NCBI GenBank assembly: GCA_023251555.1 | Contig: JAHEYN010000002.1 | Span: forward strand, 19,783-83,782 | Source: Bacteroidota bacterium | Lineage (GTDB): Bacteria; Bacteroidota; Bacteroidia; AKYH767-A; JAHEYN01 | Direction: 5' to 3' | DNA length: 64,000 nucleotides | Shown: positions 20,202-30,552 of the stretch, piece by piece | Layout: the number at the start of each line of letters is the position of its first letter | How positions within the stretch are numbered: the first letter of the stretch is position 1 | Program-made: the position numbers and the translations under genes | The notes under the pieces: model-generated | Database searches by the model: none | What the model saw: the letters and a program-made list of their open reading frames with translations, nothing else | What the model was told of the DNA's origin: nothing

Positions 20202-21839
20202 ATGATGAAAAAAGTCAGAAATCCGCATTTTTATTTTATATTTCTGCTTTTTAATTCCTGTGCGAATATTGTTACGCCCGGCGGAGGCATTAAGGACAGC
20301 ACCTCTCCGGTCCCCCTCCGGTACACTCCCGGAAATAATAGCATAAACTACCGGGATCGCAGTTTTAATGTTTCATTTAATGAGTATATACAATTAAAAG
20401 ATCTGGATAATCAACTGATTATTTCTCCACCTCTGAAAGAGGCTCCTGACGTTGAAGTAAGGAAAAAAAATCTGAGAGTACACTGGAAGGATTCACTTCC
20501 TGATAATACTACCTATAATTTTAATTTTGGGGGATCTGTGGCGGATCTTAATGAGGGGAATGTCCTTGAAAATTTTAAATATACTTTTTCAACAGGATCA
20601 TACATTGATTCCCTTTCTGTCAGGGGTTCTGTTTATTCTGCTTTTGAGCGCATACCCCAGCCGGGAACACTTGTGATGCTTTATGGGGAAACCAGTGATG
20701 ATTCTGTATTCAGCAGGGGCAGGCCTCTTTATTTTTCAAAAACAAATGCAGAAGGCGATTTTGTAATTAATAATTTAAAACCCGGCCGCTTCAGAATAAC
20801 AGCATTGAAAGACATGAACAGCAATTATCATTATGACCAGCCGGGAGAATCCATAGCTTTTGGCGACAACCTTATCAACAGCACTGACACAAACAGGTTG
20901 CATCTCCTTTTGTTCCAGGAACTCAAAGAGCCACAAAGAATATTGAAAACATATCAGGAATATCCCGGTAAAATCAATATCATTTTCCATCATGCTGTCG
21001 AAATGGCGGCGGTCCACCCGTTGTATGCCTCAGGGAAGAAAGGGTGGGAACTCCGGGAGTTGTCTGCCGGAAAAGACACGCTTATATACTGGTACACGGA
21101 TCTCTATGCGGATACATTAGCGCTTGAGGTTTTATATTCCTCCGGTATGCGGGATACAGTCAGGGTGCCCATAAAAGCAAAAGCCGAGAAATCGGGCAGG
21201 CGGGGAGAAGCATCAAACAAGCCGGCTGTAAAAAGTAACACTGCAGGCTTTTTGGATCTTAACACCCCTTTATTCCTTACGGCTTCCAATCCGCTGAAAG
21301 AATATGACCGGAAGAAGATAATACTGTATGCAGACAGTATTCCTGCCGAAGGGATGGAGCTGAAGTCTGAAGATCCGGCTCTCAGAAACATTTCTGTACT
21401 ATACCCGTGGAAAGAGAATACCTCATACCGCCTCCTGTTGCTGCCTTCTGCCATGGAGAATATTTTTGGCCAGCAAAACGACACCCTGCAGATTTCTTTC
21501 AGGACAAGGGCGTTAAGTGATTATGGCAGCATAAATCTGAAAATCAGGGGAAAAGAGGGTCCCCGATTGCCATACATTCTCCAGATGGTATCAGATCCTG
21601 GAGGGCCGGCTGCGAGGGAATACGTTGTAAAGGGAGATACAAGCATTGGCGTTACATACCTGCTGCCCGGAAAATATATGCTTAAGCTGATTGAGGATAA
21701 GAATGGAAACGGGAAATGGGATACGGGGGATTATTATTCACATAAACAGCCCGAAAAAGTTATCTGTTACCCGGACAAGGTAACCATTAGAGCCAATTGG
21801 GACATGGATTTGCTGTGGGAGATTCCGGGAGATAAATAG
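20202..21839 (+). CDS. Ig-like (Big_5) domain lipoprotein
   Basis: Lipobox NSCAN..P.GG.KD, FNEY, NTTY..NFG..V.D.NEGN, D.NGNGKWDTG.Y; -7 element TATCTTTG at 20178-20185 supports ATG 20202. Confidence 0.8.
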   Translation: MMKKVRNPHFYFIFLLFNSCANIVTPGGGIKDSTSPVPLRYTPGNNSINYRDRSFNVSFNEYIQLKDLDNQLIISPPLKEAPDVEVRKKNLRVHWKDSLPDNTTYNFNFGGSVADLNEGNVLENFKYTFSTGSYIDSLSVRGSVYSAFERIPQPGTLVMLYGETSDDSVFSRGRPLYFSKTNAEGDFVINNLKPGRFRITALKDMNSNYHYDQPGESIAFGDNLINSTDTNRLHLLLFQELKEPQRILKTYQEYPGKINIIFHHAVEMAAVHPLYASGKKGWELRELSAGKDTLIYWYTDLYADTLALEVLYSSGMRDTVRVPIKAKAEKSGRRGEASNKPAVKSNTAGFLDLNTPLFLTASNPLKEYDRKKIILYADSIPAEGMELKSEDPALRNISVLYPWKENTSYRLLLLPSAMENIFGQQNDTLQISFRTRALSDYGSINLKIRGKEGPRLPYILQMVSDPGGPAAREYVVKGDTSIGVTYLLPGKYMLKLIEDKNGNGKWDTGDYYSHKQPEKVICYPDKVTIRANWDMDLLWEIPGDK

Positions 21840-21988
21840 TGGACTACGCCACGATACAGTGTAACAGAGGAATGGGCTAAAAAAATGGGAGCCTGGTTCT
21901 AAGGGAGGCAGTTGTGTGGTATTTTCCTGTTAAGCCATAGGGAAACAATTTAAAAGAGCGTATTGTAAAGAAGTTATTATTTATTATT

Positions 21989-21996
21989 TACCTTTG
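21989..21996 (+). promoter_or_regulatory. -7 promoter element (TACCTTTG)
   Basis: TAnnTTTG 26 bp upstream of ATG 22022. Confidence 0.6.
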
Positions 21997-22021
21997 CAGC
22001 AAATTTAAAAATCCAATCAAG

Positions 22022-22633
22022 ATGAACAAGAAATTCAGAAACGCGTTAACCTTTGCTGTTGCAGCGGTTATCATGGGGCCTATGTTCTCGGGCTGTAAAA
22101 AAGGAGACAACGATCCCTTTTTCTCCTTTCGTTCAAGAGCCGGAAGGGTAGAAGGCAAATGGGCTGTTTCCAAAGGAAGCGGAACCAGTGTTGATAACAA
22201 CCAGAAAACCACTACGTGGACCTATGCCAATCCTGTTTATACGAAAGTAAAGGACGGGAATACCAGTACAGATTCCATTACATATACTTATGAATTCACC
22301 AAAGACGGGAAGTTTACTTTTACAGAGATACAGACTGAAAACGGGACAACCTCGACCTCAACTGTGACCGGTACATGGAATTTCACAGACGGAGTTGGAG
22401 ATAAGCCGAACAAATCCCAAATCATCCTTACCACCGGAACTGTAACCTGGACTATGACTTATAACGGGTCATCAAGTTCCTATACAAGCAGTTATACCGG
22501 CAGCAATGCTCCGGTTCAGGTGTATGATTTAGACAAACTTGCAAACACCGAGATGGTATGGAAATGGTCAGACAGCAGTACTACCGGAAGCAATACCAGC
22601 AGCGATTCCGGAGAGTGGACGCTGACACAGTAA
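22022..22633 (+). CDS. Lipocalin-like lipoprotein
   Basis: FSGCKK lipobox, DP..S.RSR..R.EGKW, F.KDG.F, GTW; Thr/Ser-rich. Confidence 0.65.
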   Translation: MNKKFRNALTFAVAAVIMGPMFSGCKKGDNDPFFSFRSRAGRVEGKWAVSKGSGTSVDNNQKTTTWTYANPVYTKVKDGNTSTDSITYTYEFTKDGKFTFTEIQTENGTTSTSTVTGTWNFTDGVGDKPNKSQIILTTGTVTWTMTYNGSSSSYTSSYTGSNAPVQVYDLDKLANTEMVWKWSDSSTTGSNTSSDSGEWTLTQ

Positions 22634-22659
22634 TTTATTTTCATTAAACATTCATTTTT

Positions 22660-22690
22660 AACCCCGGCAGGAAACCTGCCGGGGTTTTTT
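22660..22690 (+). terminator. Rho-independent terminator
   Basis: AACCCCGGCAGG-AAA-CCTGCCGGGGTT followed by a T tract. Confidence 0.9.
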
Positions 22691-22771
22691 GTTTCTTCAT
22701 ATTTTGCAGGTTTAGTTTATTTTCATTAAACTTGCGTCCCTTTTTAGTAAAAACATTAATTCTGAAGAATC

Positions 22772-23179
22772 ATGTATGCAATAGTTAATATAGCCGGGCA
22801 ACAATTTAAGGTGCAAAAGGACCAGTCTATTTTTGTTCACAGGCTTGAGGGGGACGAAGGGAAGAAATTAAACTTTACAGAGGTGCTGCTGGTAGATGAG
22901 GGAGGAAAAGTAACCGTTGGGGCGCCCCATATTGAGGGGGCTTCTGTTTCAGCCAAAATACTGAATCATGCAAGGGCGGACAAGGTTCTTGTTTTTAAGA
23001 AAAAAAGAAGGAAAGGATACCAGAAACTCAACGGACACAGGCAGTATATGACGAAAATTCAGGTTGAAAAGATACAGCTTAAAGGTTCCGGGGCGAAGCA
23101 GGAAACGGCTGATGCCGATGTAAAGCCTGTTGCAGCTAAAAAGCTCGCAACTAAGAAGGCCGTAAAGAAGGAAGAATAA
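22772..23179 (+). CDS. rplU: 50S ribosomal protein L21
   Basis: MYAIV..GQQFKV, KV.VFKKKRRKGY...GHRQ; Lys/Ala-rich tail. Confidence 0.97.
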   Translation: MYAIVNIAGQQFKVQKDQSIFVHRLEGDEGKKLNFTEVLLVDEGGKVTVGAPHIEGASVSAKILNHARADKVLVFKKKRRKGYQKLNGHRQYMTKIQVEKIQLKGSGAKQETADADVKPVAAKKLATKKAVKKEE

Positions 23180-23193
23180 AAATATAAAATACC

Positions 23194-23457
23194 ATGGCAC
23201 ATAAAAAAGGCGCAGGAAGTTCCAAGAACGGAAGAGAATCACACAGCAAACGACTGGGGATAAAGATATTCGGCGGGCAGTTTGCCAGTGCCGGAAACAT
23301 TATTGTACGCCAGAGAGGGACCAAGCATTTTCCCGACACCCATGTGGGCATGGGAAAAGATCACACCCTGTTTGCGTTGACAGACGGGAAAGTGGTATTT
23401 CGCAAGAAGTCAGGAGAGAAATCCTATGTTTCGATAGAACCTGTTGCAAAGGCGTGA
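23194..23457 (+). CDS. rpmA: 50S ribosomal protein L27
   Basis: [41 protein letters not shown]. Confidence 0.98.
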   Translation: MAHKKGAGSSKNGRESHSKRLGIKIFGGQFASAGNIIVRQRGTKHFPDTHVGMGKDHTLFALTDGKVVFRKKSGEKSYVSIEPVAKA

Positions 23458-23498
23458 AGGATGATTGGAAAAGATGAGGAGCCTGGTGCAGAATTGCA

Positions 23499-24134
23499 TC
23501 AGGCTTTTTTGTTGAGTACTGCTCTAAGTTCGCTTATCATCATTGCAGTTGCGCCCCATACGTGATGGCCTGAGATATTGTAATAAGGCACCTCTCTATG
23601 CCTTCCGTCTGCCAGCCGTATGGTTTTTTTGGCTGTTACAGGGTTGTTTAAAATGCCCGGCAAATCTACTTCTATCAGAGTTTCTATTTCATCTTTTTTA
23701 AGCCGGAACTGTGGCCTTTCCGGGGCAGTTCCCACTACGGGGAGTACCAGAAAATTACTTGCAGGGATATATAGTTCCGTAAGTGTTCCCAGTACTGATA
23801 CATCCCCGCGGGGGATACCTATTTCCTCTTCTGTTTCCCGCAGAGCGGTTTCTACAAGGTCTTTATCGGTCCCTTCCATCTTCCCGCCTGGGAAAGCAAC
23901 CTGACCGCTGTGCACCCCATCATACTTTGCGCGAAGGATAAGGAGAATAAAAATCTCACCTTTATCCGGGTACAGCAGTATCAGCACGCTGCCTTTCCGG
24001 GGATCTGATTTGTGCATGAGGGCCATACGTTCAGCCATGGAGGCGGAGAGGGGTGCCATGAGAGCATGAGCTTCGGCTCCGGGCAAAGATTCCCGGAGAG
24101 CACTTCGCAGGGAGTCGGCAAAGCGGGAGAACAT
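23499..24134 (-). CDS. Nudix CoA pyrophosphatase
   Basis: HSGQVAFPGG...TALRETEEEIG, VWGATA; ATG 24134. Confidence 0.9.
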   Translation of the reverse strand: MFSRFADSLRSALRESLPGAEAHALMAPLSASMAERMALMHKSDPRKGSVLILLYPDKGEIFILLILRAKYDGVHSGQVAFPGGKMEGTDKDLVETALRETEEEIGIPRGDVSVLGTLTELYIPASNFLVLPVVGTAPERPQFRLKKDEIETLIEVDLPGILNNPVTAKKTIRLADGRHREVPYYNISGHHVWGATAMMISELRAVLNKKA

Positions 24135-24138
24135 CGGG

Positions 24139-24798
24139 TTAATCCAGCGCCCGGTTGATGAAAGCATTAAAGGGTTCCATCTCCCGGAAAATTTTCAGGA
24201 TATATGTCCCGAAATCTTTCGAAAGAATCCGGCTGTCGCTTAAATCGTGAAAGGCGATATAACTCTTGAACTTCAGCAGTTCAATGTCTTTATGTTCTTT
24301 CGGAAAATTTCTCGGAGGCGTTTTCAGTTTGTCGCCCCACAGCTCTCCGAAATAATGCTTAAAACTTTTCCCCGAAATAATTTTCTTAAAAGGTTCCGCG
24401 TTATATAATATTTCCTGCCGGATTTTAAAGAGGTTCGCAGATTCCGGCATGTACACTCCGCCCCCGAGGAAAGATTTCCCGCCCGGCTCTATATGCAGAT
24501 AATAACCTGCGAGGGGAGATTTTTTTCCGCCCGGTACAAAGTAAGCGCCGAAATGGGCCTTGTATGGTTTTTTATCCTTGGAGAAGCGGACATCCCGGTA
24601 GATGCGAAAGATGCAATCTTTCGGTTCAAGAGCTGCCAGCGTTTTATTCATCTTTCCCAGTTCTGCGATGGTTTTCCTGACAAACTCCCTGAAGTCGGAG
24701 GTGGCGGCTTCGTACTGTGAACGGTTTTTCTCAAACCATTCTCGGTTATTGTTTTTCCGGAGCGCTTCAAGGAATCTGAGTGTAGAACTACTGAGCAT
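24139..24798 (-). CDS. DUF2461 family protein
   Basis: FL..L..NNNREWF, FRIYRDVRFSKDK.PYK, GYYLHIEPG; ATG 24798. Confidence 0.88.
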   Translation of the reverse strand: MLSSSTLRFLEALRKNNNREWFEKNRSQYEAATSDFREFVRKTIAELGKMNKTLAALEPKDCIFRIYRDVRFSKDKKPYKAHFGAYFVPGGKKSPLAGYYLHIEPGGKSFLGGGVYMPESANLFKIRQEILYNAEPFKKIISGKSFKHYFGELWGDKLKTPPRNFPKEHKDIELLKFKSYIAFHDLSDSRILSKDFGTYILKIFREMEPFNAFINRALD

Positions 24799-24829
24799 AA
24801 TTGTTACTTTTACATGCAAATTAAAGAAA

Positions 24830-26101
24830 ATGCTGGAGCTTCACCACATCAGGGAAAATGCAGAGAAAGTCATACAGCAGCTTTCGGTTAAAAATTTCAA
24901 TGCGAAGGAAATTATTCCCCGGGTTATAACGATTGATGAGAAGAGAAGAAACACTCAGAAAGAGCTGGATGCTTTGCTGAACGAGAGTAATGTGCTTGCA
25001 AGGCAGACGGGGGAACTATTTAAAACGGGGAAAAAAGAGGAGGCGCAGGAACTGAGGGAAAAGAGTACGGCACTTAAGGAACTTATAAAGACACTGGAGC
25101 GGCAGTTTTCGGTATTTGAGAAAGAACTGGAGGATCAGTTGGTTTTACTTCCCAATATTCCCCATGACGCTGTTCCTCCCGGCCGGGGAGCGGAAGGGAA
25201 TGTGATTATACACGAGGAAGGGAAGATCCCCGTCTTAAGTTCTGCGGTTCCCCACTGGGAACTGGCTTCGGAATACGGATTGATAGATTTTGAAGCAGGA
25301 AATAAAATTACCGGGGCAGGATTCCCTGTGTACATGGGCCGGGGAGCCAGACTGCAGCGGGCTTTGATAAATTTTTTCATTGACCGTGCGGTTACGGCAG
25401 GCTATACAGAGGTGCAGCCTCCTGTGCTTGTCAACGAAGCTTCGGCATTTGGTACGGGTCAGCTGCCGGACAAAGAGGGACAGATGTATCATGTCGGGGC
25501 TGATAATTTATATCTTATTCCTACTGCCGAAGTTCCTGTTACCAATTTAATGAGGGACTGTATAATTAATGCTGCTGATTTCCCGTTAAAATATACGGCA
25601 TATACGTCCTGCTTCAGGAGGGAAGCGGGTTCGTACGGGAAGGAAGTGCGGGGCTTAAACCGCCTGCATCAGTTTGACAAGGTAGAGGTTGTGCAGGTGC
25701 AGCACCCCGACAAGTCATACGATACGCTTGAGGAAATGAAAGAATATGTTGCAGGGCTTTTACGGATGCTTGAGCTCCCGTTCAGGATTGTGAAATTATG
25801 CGGAGGAGACATGAGTTTTGCCTCTGCGCTTACTTATGACATGGAAGTTTATTCTGCTGCCCAGCAGCGGTGGCTGGAGGTAAGTTCCGTTTCAAATTTT
25901 GAAAGCTTCCAGTCCAACCGGCTTAAACTTCGTTTCAGAGAAGGAAATGCAAAGCCCCGCCTGGCGCATACGCTTAACGGGAGTGCGCTTGCCCTGCCGC
26001 GGATTGTCGCAGCGCTGATGGAGAACAACCAGTCTCCCGGGGGGATTCATATTCCTTCGGCGCTTATTCCGTATACGGGCTTTGACCGCATCAGCAAATG
26101 A
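24830..26101 (+). CDS. serS: Serine--tRNA ligase
   Basis: LPNIPH, GTGQLP, YLIPTAEVP, CFRREAGS.G...RGL.RLHQF.KVE, EVSSVSN, HTLNGSALA; ATG 24830. Confidence 0.97.
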   Translation: MLELHHIRENAEKVIQQLSVKNFNAKEIIPRVITIDEKRRNTQKELDALLNESNVLARQTGELFKTGKKEEAQELREKSTALKELIKTLERQFSVFEKELEDQLVLLPNIPHDAVPPGRGAEGNVIIHEEGKIPVLSSAVPHWELASEYGLIDFEAGNKITGAGFPVYMGRGARLQRALINFFIDRAVTAGYTEVQPPVLVNEASAFGTGQLPDKEGQMYHVGADNLYLIPTAEVPVTNLMRDCIINAADFPLKYTAYTSCFRREAGSYGKEVRGLNRLHQFDKVEVVQVQHPDKSYDTLEEMKEYVAGLLRMLELPFRIVKLCGGDMSFASALTYDMEVYSAAQQRWLEVSSVSNFESFQSNRLKLRFREGNAKPRLAHTLNGSALALPRIVAALMENNQSPGGIHIPSALIPYTGFDRISK

Positions 26102-27909
26102 GGTCGAGGCTGTACCTTATTATTTCATTTACTCTTTTTTTATCCCGGCCCGGGGTTTCGCAGACATTGGTCAACCGTGCGCTTGCAGACCAGTATTTTC
26201 TTGAGGGAGACTATGAGAAAGCGGCTGTTTTTTATGAGAAAGTCACAGGGGATTCTGTTTATACTCCATATCTTACCTGCCTGTTGTCATTAAAAGACTA
26301 TGAGAAAGCCGAGAAACTTGTAAAGAAGCAGGTTAAAAAAAAACCAGGGAATCTTATTTATGGGATTGATCTTGGATATGTGTATACATCATCGTCCCGG
26401 CCGGATAAGGCTGAGGAGCAGTACAGAAAAATTCTTGACCAGCTGAAGCCCGACCAGCAGCAGATCATAGCAGTGGCGGCAGCTTTTTATTCCCGGAACA
26501 ATATTACATACTCCATCGAAACTTATCTCAGGGGCCAGCGCCTGATGGGATCCCGTTACCGGTTCCGGTTTGAGCTGGCAGACCTTTATTTTTCGAATCA
26601 TGAAACAGGAAAGGCGATTGAGCAATATTTTGCTGCGCTTGAAGAAGATGATCATAACCTTCAGGGAGTGGAAAATGCCCTGCAGGACAGGCTTTACGAT
26701 GATCCCGAGAAGAAGAACAGTGAAGCCTTCCGGGAAATCCTGCTCCGTAGGATACAAAGATCTCCGGACCATGTTGTGTACACCGAGCTGATGTTGTGGT
26801 TTCTTATACAGGAAAAAGATTTTGAGACTGCATTGGTTCATGCGAAGGCGTTGGACAAAAGGCTTAACGAAGACGGGGGACGCATCATTAGTCTTGCAGT
26901 TCTGAGTGTTTCGAACGAAAATTATGAAGCGGCCATTAATGCGTACCGTTATATTCTCGAAAGGGGAGTGCGTTCTCCCTATTCTCTCACGGCACGGATG
27001 GGCCTTCTGAACACCGTTAACCGGAAGCTGACGTCCAGCGGCAGTATTGATGAAGCAGGGCTGAGGGCGCTTGAACATGATTATAAAGAAGCGCTTGATG
27101 ACCTGGAAAAAAGTTCCGCCACATTCCCATTGATGCGCGGCCTTGCGCATTTACAGGCCTTTTATCTCAATAAAATTACAGAAGGGCAGCAATTGCTTGA
27201 GGAAGCTGTGCAACTTCCCGATCTGCGGCCGTCGCTTCAGGCAGAGTGTAAGCTGGAGCTTGGAGATATTCTGTTGTTACAGGGAGATGTATGGGAGGCC
27301 ACTCTTCTTTATTCGCAGGTAGATAAAGCTTTTAAAGAAGATCCTTTGGGGCAGGAGGGGAAATTGAGAAATGCGAAACTTTCTTATTATATGGGAGACT
27401 TTGAGTGGGCACAGGCGCAGCTTGATGTACTTAAGTCGGCAACTTCTCAGCTTATTGCCAATGATGCGCTGGCGATGTCACTGCTGATAACTGATAATAC
27501 TGCAGAGGATTCTGTTCCTGCGGCGCTTCTTATGTATGCGCGTGCGGATTTGCTCGGGTTCCGGAATAAAGACAGCCTTGCTCTTCTTACGCTTGATTCA
27601 CTTTTGTCTTTATATCCTAACCATTCACTGGCAGATGAAGCATATTATAAAAAAGCGGAGATCATGAAGAAACGTGGAAATTGGAAGGAGGCGATTGCTT
27701 ATTTACAGTCTGTTGTAACCCGCTATGGCGAAGGGATCCTCGCGGATGATGCACTTTTCGAAGAGGCGGGTATTTATGAAAAAAGCCTTCATGACCAGGC
27801 AAAGGCCATGGAATTATACGGGGAGTTGATGACCAGATATCCCGGGAGTACCTGGGTGGTGGAAGCAAGAAAACATTACCGGTCACTCAGGGGAGATCAT
27901 ATCAACTGA
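26098..27909 (+). CDS. Exported TPR protein
   Basis: Signal peptide, repeated TPR helices, C-terminal YP.S...AR..YR.LRGD; 4-bp overlap with serS. Confidence 0.8.
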   Translation: MRSRLYLIISFTLFLSRPGVSQTLVNRALADQYFLEGDYEKAAVFYEKVTGDSVYTPYLTCLLSLKDYEKAEKLVKKQVKKKPGNLIYGIDLGYVYTSSSRPDKAEEQYRKILDQLKPDQQQIIAVAAAFYSRNNITYSIETYLRGQRLMGSRYRFRFELADLYFSNHETGKAIEQYFAALEEDDHNLQGVENALQDRLYDDPEKKNSEAFREILLRRIQRSPDHVVYTELMLWFLIQEKDFETALVHAKALDKRLNEDGGRIISLAVLSVSNENYEAAINAYRYILERGVRSPYSLTARMGLLNTVNRKLTSSGSIDEAGLRALEHDYKEALDDLEKSSATFPLMRGLAHLQAFYLNKITEGQQLLEEAVQLPDLRPSLQAECKLELGDILLLQGDVWEATLLYSQVDKAFKEDPLGQEGKLRNAKLSYYMGDFEWAQAQLDVLKSATSQLIANDALAMSLLITDNTAEDSVPAALLMYARADLLGFRNKDSLALLTLDSLLSLYPNHSLADEAYYKKAEIMKKRGNWKEAIAYLQSVVTRYGEGILADDALFEEAGIYEKSLHDQAKAMELYGELMTRYPGSTWVVEARKHYRSLRGDHIN

Positions 27910-27911
27910 AC

Positions 27912-28217
27912 ATGATTTTATATAATGTAACTGTAAATATTGATTACGCTGTTCATGAAGAATGGTTAGAGTGGATGAAGCGGGAGCATATTCCTGAGGT
28001 AATGGCTACGGGCTTATTCACCGAACCCCGCATGCTGCGCCTTATGGGGGATACGGAACCGGGAGGGATTACATATTCTATCCAATACCTCTGTAAAAGC
28101 ATGGAAGATCTTCAGCGTTACCAGTCGGAGCATGCTCCGGGGCTTCAGGCAAAACATACTCAGCGCTACAAGGACAAGTTCACGGCTTTTCGCACTGTGC
28201 TGGAGGTTGTAAAATAA
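27912..28217 (+). CDS. DUF4286 family protein
   Basis: MILYNVT...WL.WM...HIPEV..TG.F...TYSIQY...F.T.LE. Confidence 0.85.
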   Translation: MILYNVTVNIDYAVHEEWLEWMKREHIPEVMATGLFTEPRMLRLMGDTEPGGITYSIQYLCKSMEDLQRYQSEHAPGLQAKHTQRYKDKFTAFRTVLEVVK

Positions 28218-28258
28218 TTCTTTCTATCTTTGAATAGCAACCATTCCAGGGGGGAAAT

Positions 28259-29104
28259 ATGAAATTTTCATGGCTGGGATTTCTTCTGTGTATCAGCACC
28301 TTTGCCTATCCGCAGGTTCCTAATGCAAAGGATATTTTAAAGCAAACACTGGCGGCCTGCGATAACCTGAAAACAGCAAAGTACGTGCTCCGGAAAAAGG
28401 AGCGTCTTATTAACGGGACGCTGAGAGAATCCGAGGCTATCATTAAGCTGAATGTTCATCCATACAAGGCTTATGTTTACAGTGTTTTCCCCAACCCGGG
28501 GGCCGAAGTGCTTTATGTTGCCGGCAGCAACTCCGGCAATGCGCTGGTGAATCCCAACAAGTTTCCGTTTATAAACCTGAATCTCAGCCCGTTCAGCCCT
28601 ATACTGAGAGAGGACCAGCACCACACCAGCCTGGACCTTGGCTTTGCTTATATCACATCAGTCATCAAAAACAATATAAGGCAGAATGAAAATTACTTTT
28701 ACGGGTCACTTGTTTATGAGGGAGAAACAGAATGGAACAAACGTTCCTGTTACAGGATTTCTATCAACAATAAGAATTTCGGCTACATAGAGTATACCGT
28801 ACAGCCCGGGGAAAATATCACTACCATAGCCATCAAGAGGAACATCAGCGACTATATGATTTTATCTGTCAACTCCGGACTTAAGGGTTATCATGATGTG
28901 AAGGGAGGCCAGGTGATAAAAATTCCCAACTCCTATGCAAAGCAGATTTTGCTGTATGTGGACAAGGCGACATTGCTCCCATTGGGACAGTATATATATG
29001 ACGACAAAGGATTATTTGAGGAATATGAGTTGAGCAGTTTTATTCTCAATCCTCTTTTTCAGCCTGAGGAGTTCACGGCCGCATGGAAGGATTACCATTT
29101 TTAG
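28259..29104 (+). CDS. DUF1571-like exported protein with inserted LysM domain
   Basis: Signal peptide; KKER..G, G.EVLYV.G.N; YTVQPGE.I..IA...N...GQVIKIP LysM; -7 element TATCTTTG at 28225-28232. Confidence 0.72.
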   Translation: MKFSWLGFLLCISTFAYPQVPNAKDILKQTLAACDNLKTAKYVLRKKERLINGTLRESEAIIKLNVHPYKAYVYSVFPNPGAEVLYVAGSNSGNALVNPNKFPFINLNLSPFSPILREDQHHTSLDLGFAYITSVIKNNIRQNENYFYGSLVYEGETEWNKRSCYRISINNKNFGYIEYTVQPGENITTIAIKRNISDYMILSVNSGLKGYHDVKGGQVIKIPNSYAKQILLYVDKATLLPLGQYIYDDKGLFEEYELSSFILNPLFQPEEFTAAWKDYHF

Positions 29105-29120
29105 GGAGGAGGAGAGGTTC

Positions 29121-29891
29121 ATGATTTTTGTACGTCCCAAGAAACATCTCGGGCAGCATTTCCTGAAAGATGAAAATATTGCAAAGAAAATAGCCGGGGC
29201 ACTTACCTACCAGGCATATAACAATGTCCTTGAAGTAGGTTCCGGAACAGGAGTCCTGACCAAATATCTTTTACAGAAAGATCCTGCCGGATTGGTGCTT
29301 ATAGAGCTGGATGCGGATTCGGTAAGAGTGCTTGAAGAACGCTTCCCGTCAGCAAGAATAATTGCAGGAGATTTTTTAAAAACAGAAATCAGGGATTTTT
29401 TCCCGGGGCCTTTTGCCGTGATCGGAAATTTCCCGTACAATATTTCGTCGCAGATTTTATTTAAGGTTCTCGATAATAAGGAGCATATTCCCGAACTGGT
29501 CGGGATGTTCCAAAAAGAGGTCGCAGAGCGGATTACAGCCATTCCAAGGACAAAGGCATACGGGATAATAAGTGTGTTGGCACAGAGTTTCTACGATACA
29601 GAATACCTCTTCACCGTAAGTGAAAATGTTTTTTTCCCTCCCCCGAAGGTGAAGTCGGCAGTAATCAGGATGAGGAGAAAAGAAGGGGTTCATATCTCCT
29701 GCGGGGAAGATTTTTTAAAAACGGTGGTAAAGACTGCTTTCAATCAGAGAAGAAAAAAACTCATCAATGCTTTACGCTCTTTGCTGCCTGCTGATAGCCG
29801 GCTGTTTGCGGAGTACCTGGATAAGAGGGCAGAAGAGCTTTCCCCTGCTGAATTTCTAGCGCTTGCTGTTTTGCTGTTGGCGAAGAAGTAA
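29121..29891 (+). CDS. rsmA: 16S rRNA (adenine1518/1519-N6)-dimethyltransferase
   Basis: KKHLGQHFL.D, LEVG.G.G.LT, GNFPYNISS, MFQKEVAER, F.PPPKV.SAV, AF.QRRK.L.N.L. Confidence 0.96.
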   Translation: MIFVRPKKHLGQHFLKDENIAKKIAGALTYQAYNNVLEVGSGTGVLTKYLLQKDPAGLVLIELDADSVRVLEERFPSARIIAGDFLKTEIRDFFPGPFAVIGNFPYNISSQILFKVLDNKEHIPELVGMFQKEVAERITAIPRTKAYGIISVLAQSFYDTEYLFTVSENVFFPPPKVKSAVIRMRRKEGVHISCGEDFLKTVVKTAFNQRRKKLINALRSLLPADSRLFAEYLDKRAEELSPAEFLALAVLLLAKK

Positions 29892-29899
29892 AGGGGAAA

Positions 29900-30247
29900 T
29901 CAATTATTAGGGGCACCTGCATTAATCCAGCACTGAATTTGTTTCCGGTTGTCAAGGGAGCAAGGCCCTGAAGGTGGCATGGACTGATCTTTAATCACTT
30001 TGCTTTCGAGGGAGCCTTTATCTGCAACAGCTTTCAGTCCTGCATAGGCAGTAAAATCTCCCCTGGAGGATCCGGCTTCATGGCAGCCTGAGTAGATGCA
30101 ACTTGCACTCATGATGGGTTTAATGTCGGCAGCATATTTAGCGTTGATGGAACTGCAATCAATATTGCTGAGGTCGTTGGGGTTTTGCTTTTTTGAGCAG
30201 GAGGCGGCAAGTGCAAGAAGCAGCAGGAAAGCGGACAGTTTTTTCAT
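29900..30247 (-). CDS. Small lipoprotein, cytochrome c-like (CX4CH)
   Basis: AASC lipobox; IKPI....CIYSGCH...MPP...WI..GA.NN. Confidence 0.65.
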   Translation of the reverse strand: MKKLSAFLLLLALAASCSKKQNPNDLSNIDCSSINAKYAADIKPIMSASCIYSGCHEAGSSRGDFTAYAGLKAVADKGSLESKVIKDQSMPPSGPCSLDNRKQIQCWINAGAPNN

Positions 30248-30552
30248 CTTAAGATTTTATAATACAAAATTAATGCCGGGTGTGCGATCGGGGTAAAAAA
30301 GCAGGATGATTTTAATCATAGAGGATAAAGGTATGATTAGAAAACTTATTTTTCTGTTCTTTTATTGTGTCTTTGGGGTTTATGTTTCGTCGTCTATATT
30401 TTGCAGGCGCTTTGCGGATAGGGGGGTCAGGTGAGTTTCCCTGATGATAAGTTTCTGATTACATATACCTTCTTCTGTGGCGGCCTTTCCCATATAGATA
30501 GTGGCAAGGGCAAGGACAAATGACTACCTTTAAACTTTAAAATACATAGACA

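Noticed and set aside
24602-24829. 76-aa N-terminal extension of serS
   Set aside because: Overlaps DUF2461 antisense; SerRS homology begins at MLELHHIRE (24830).
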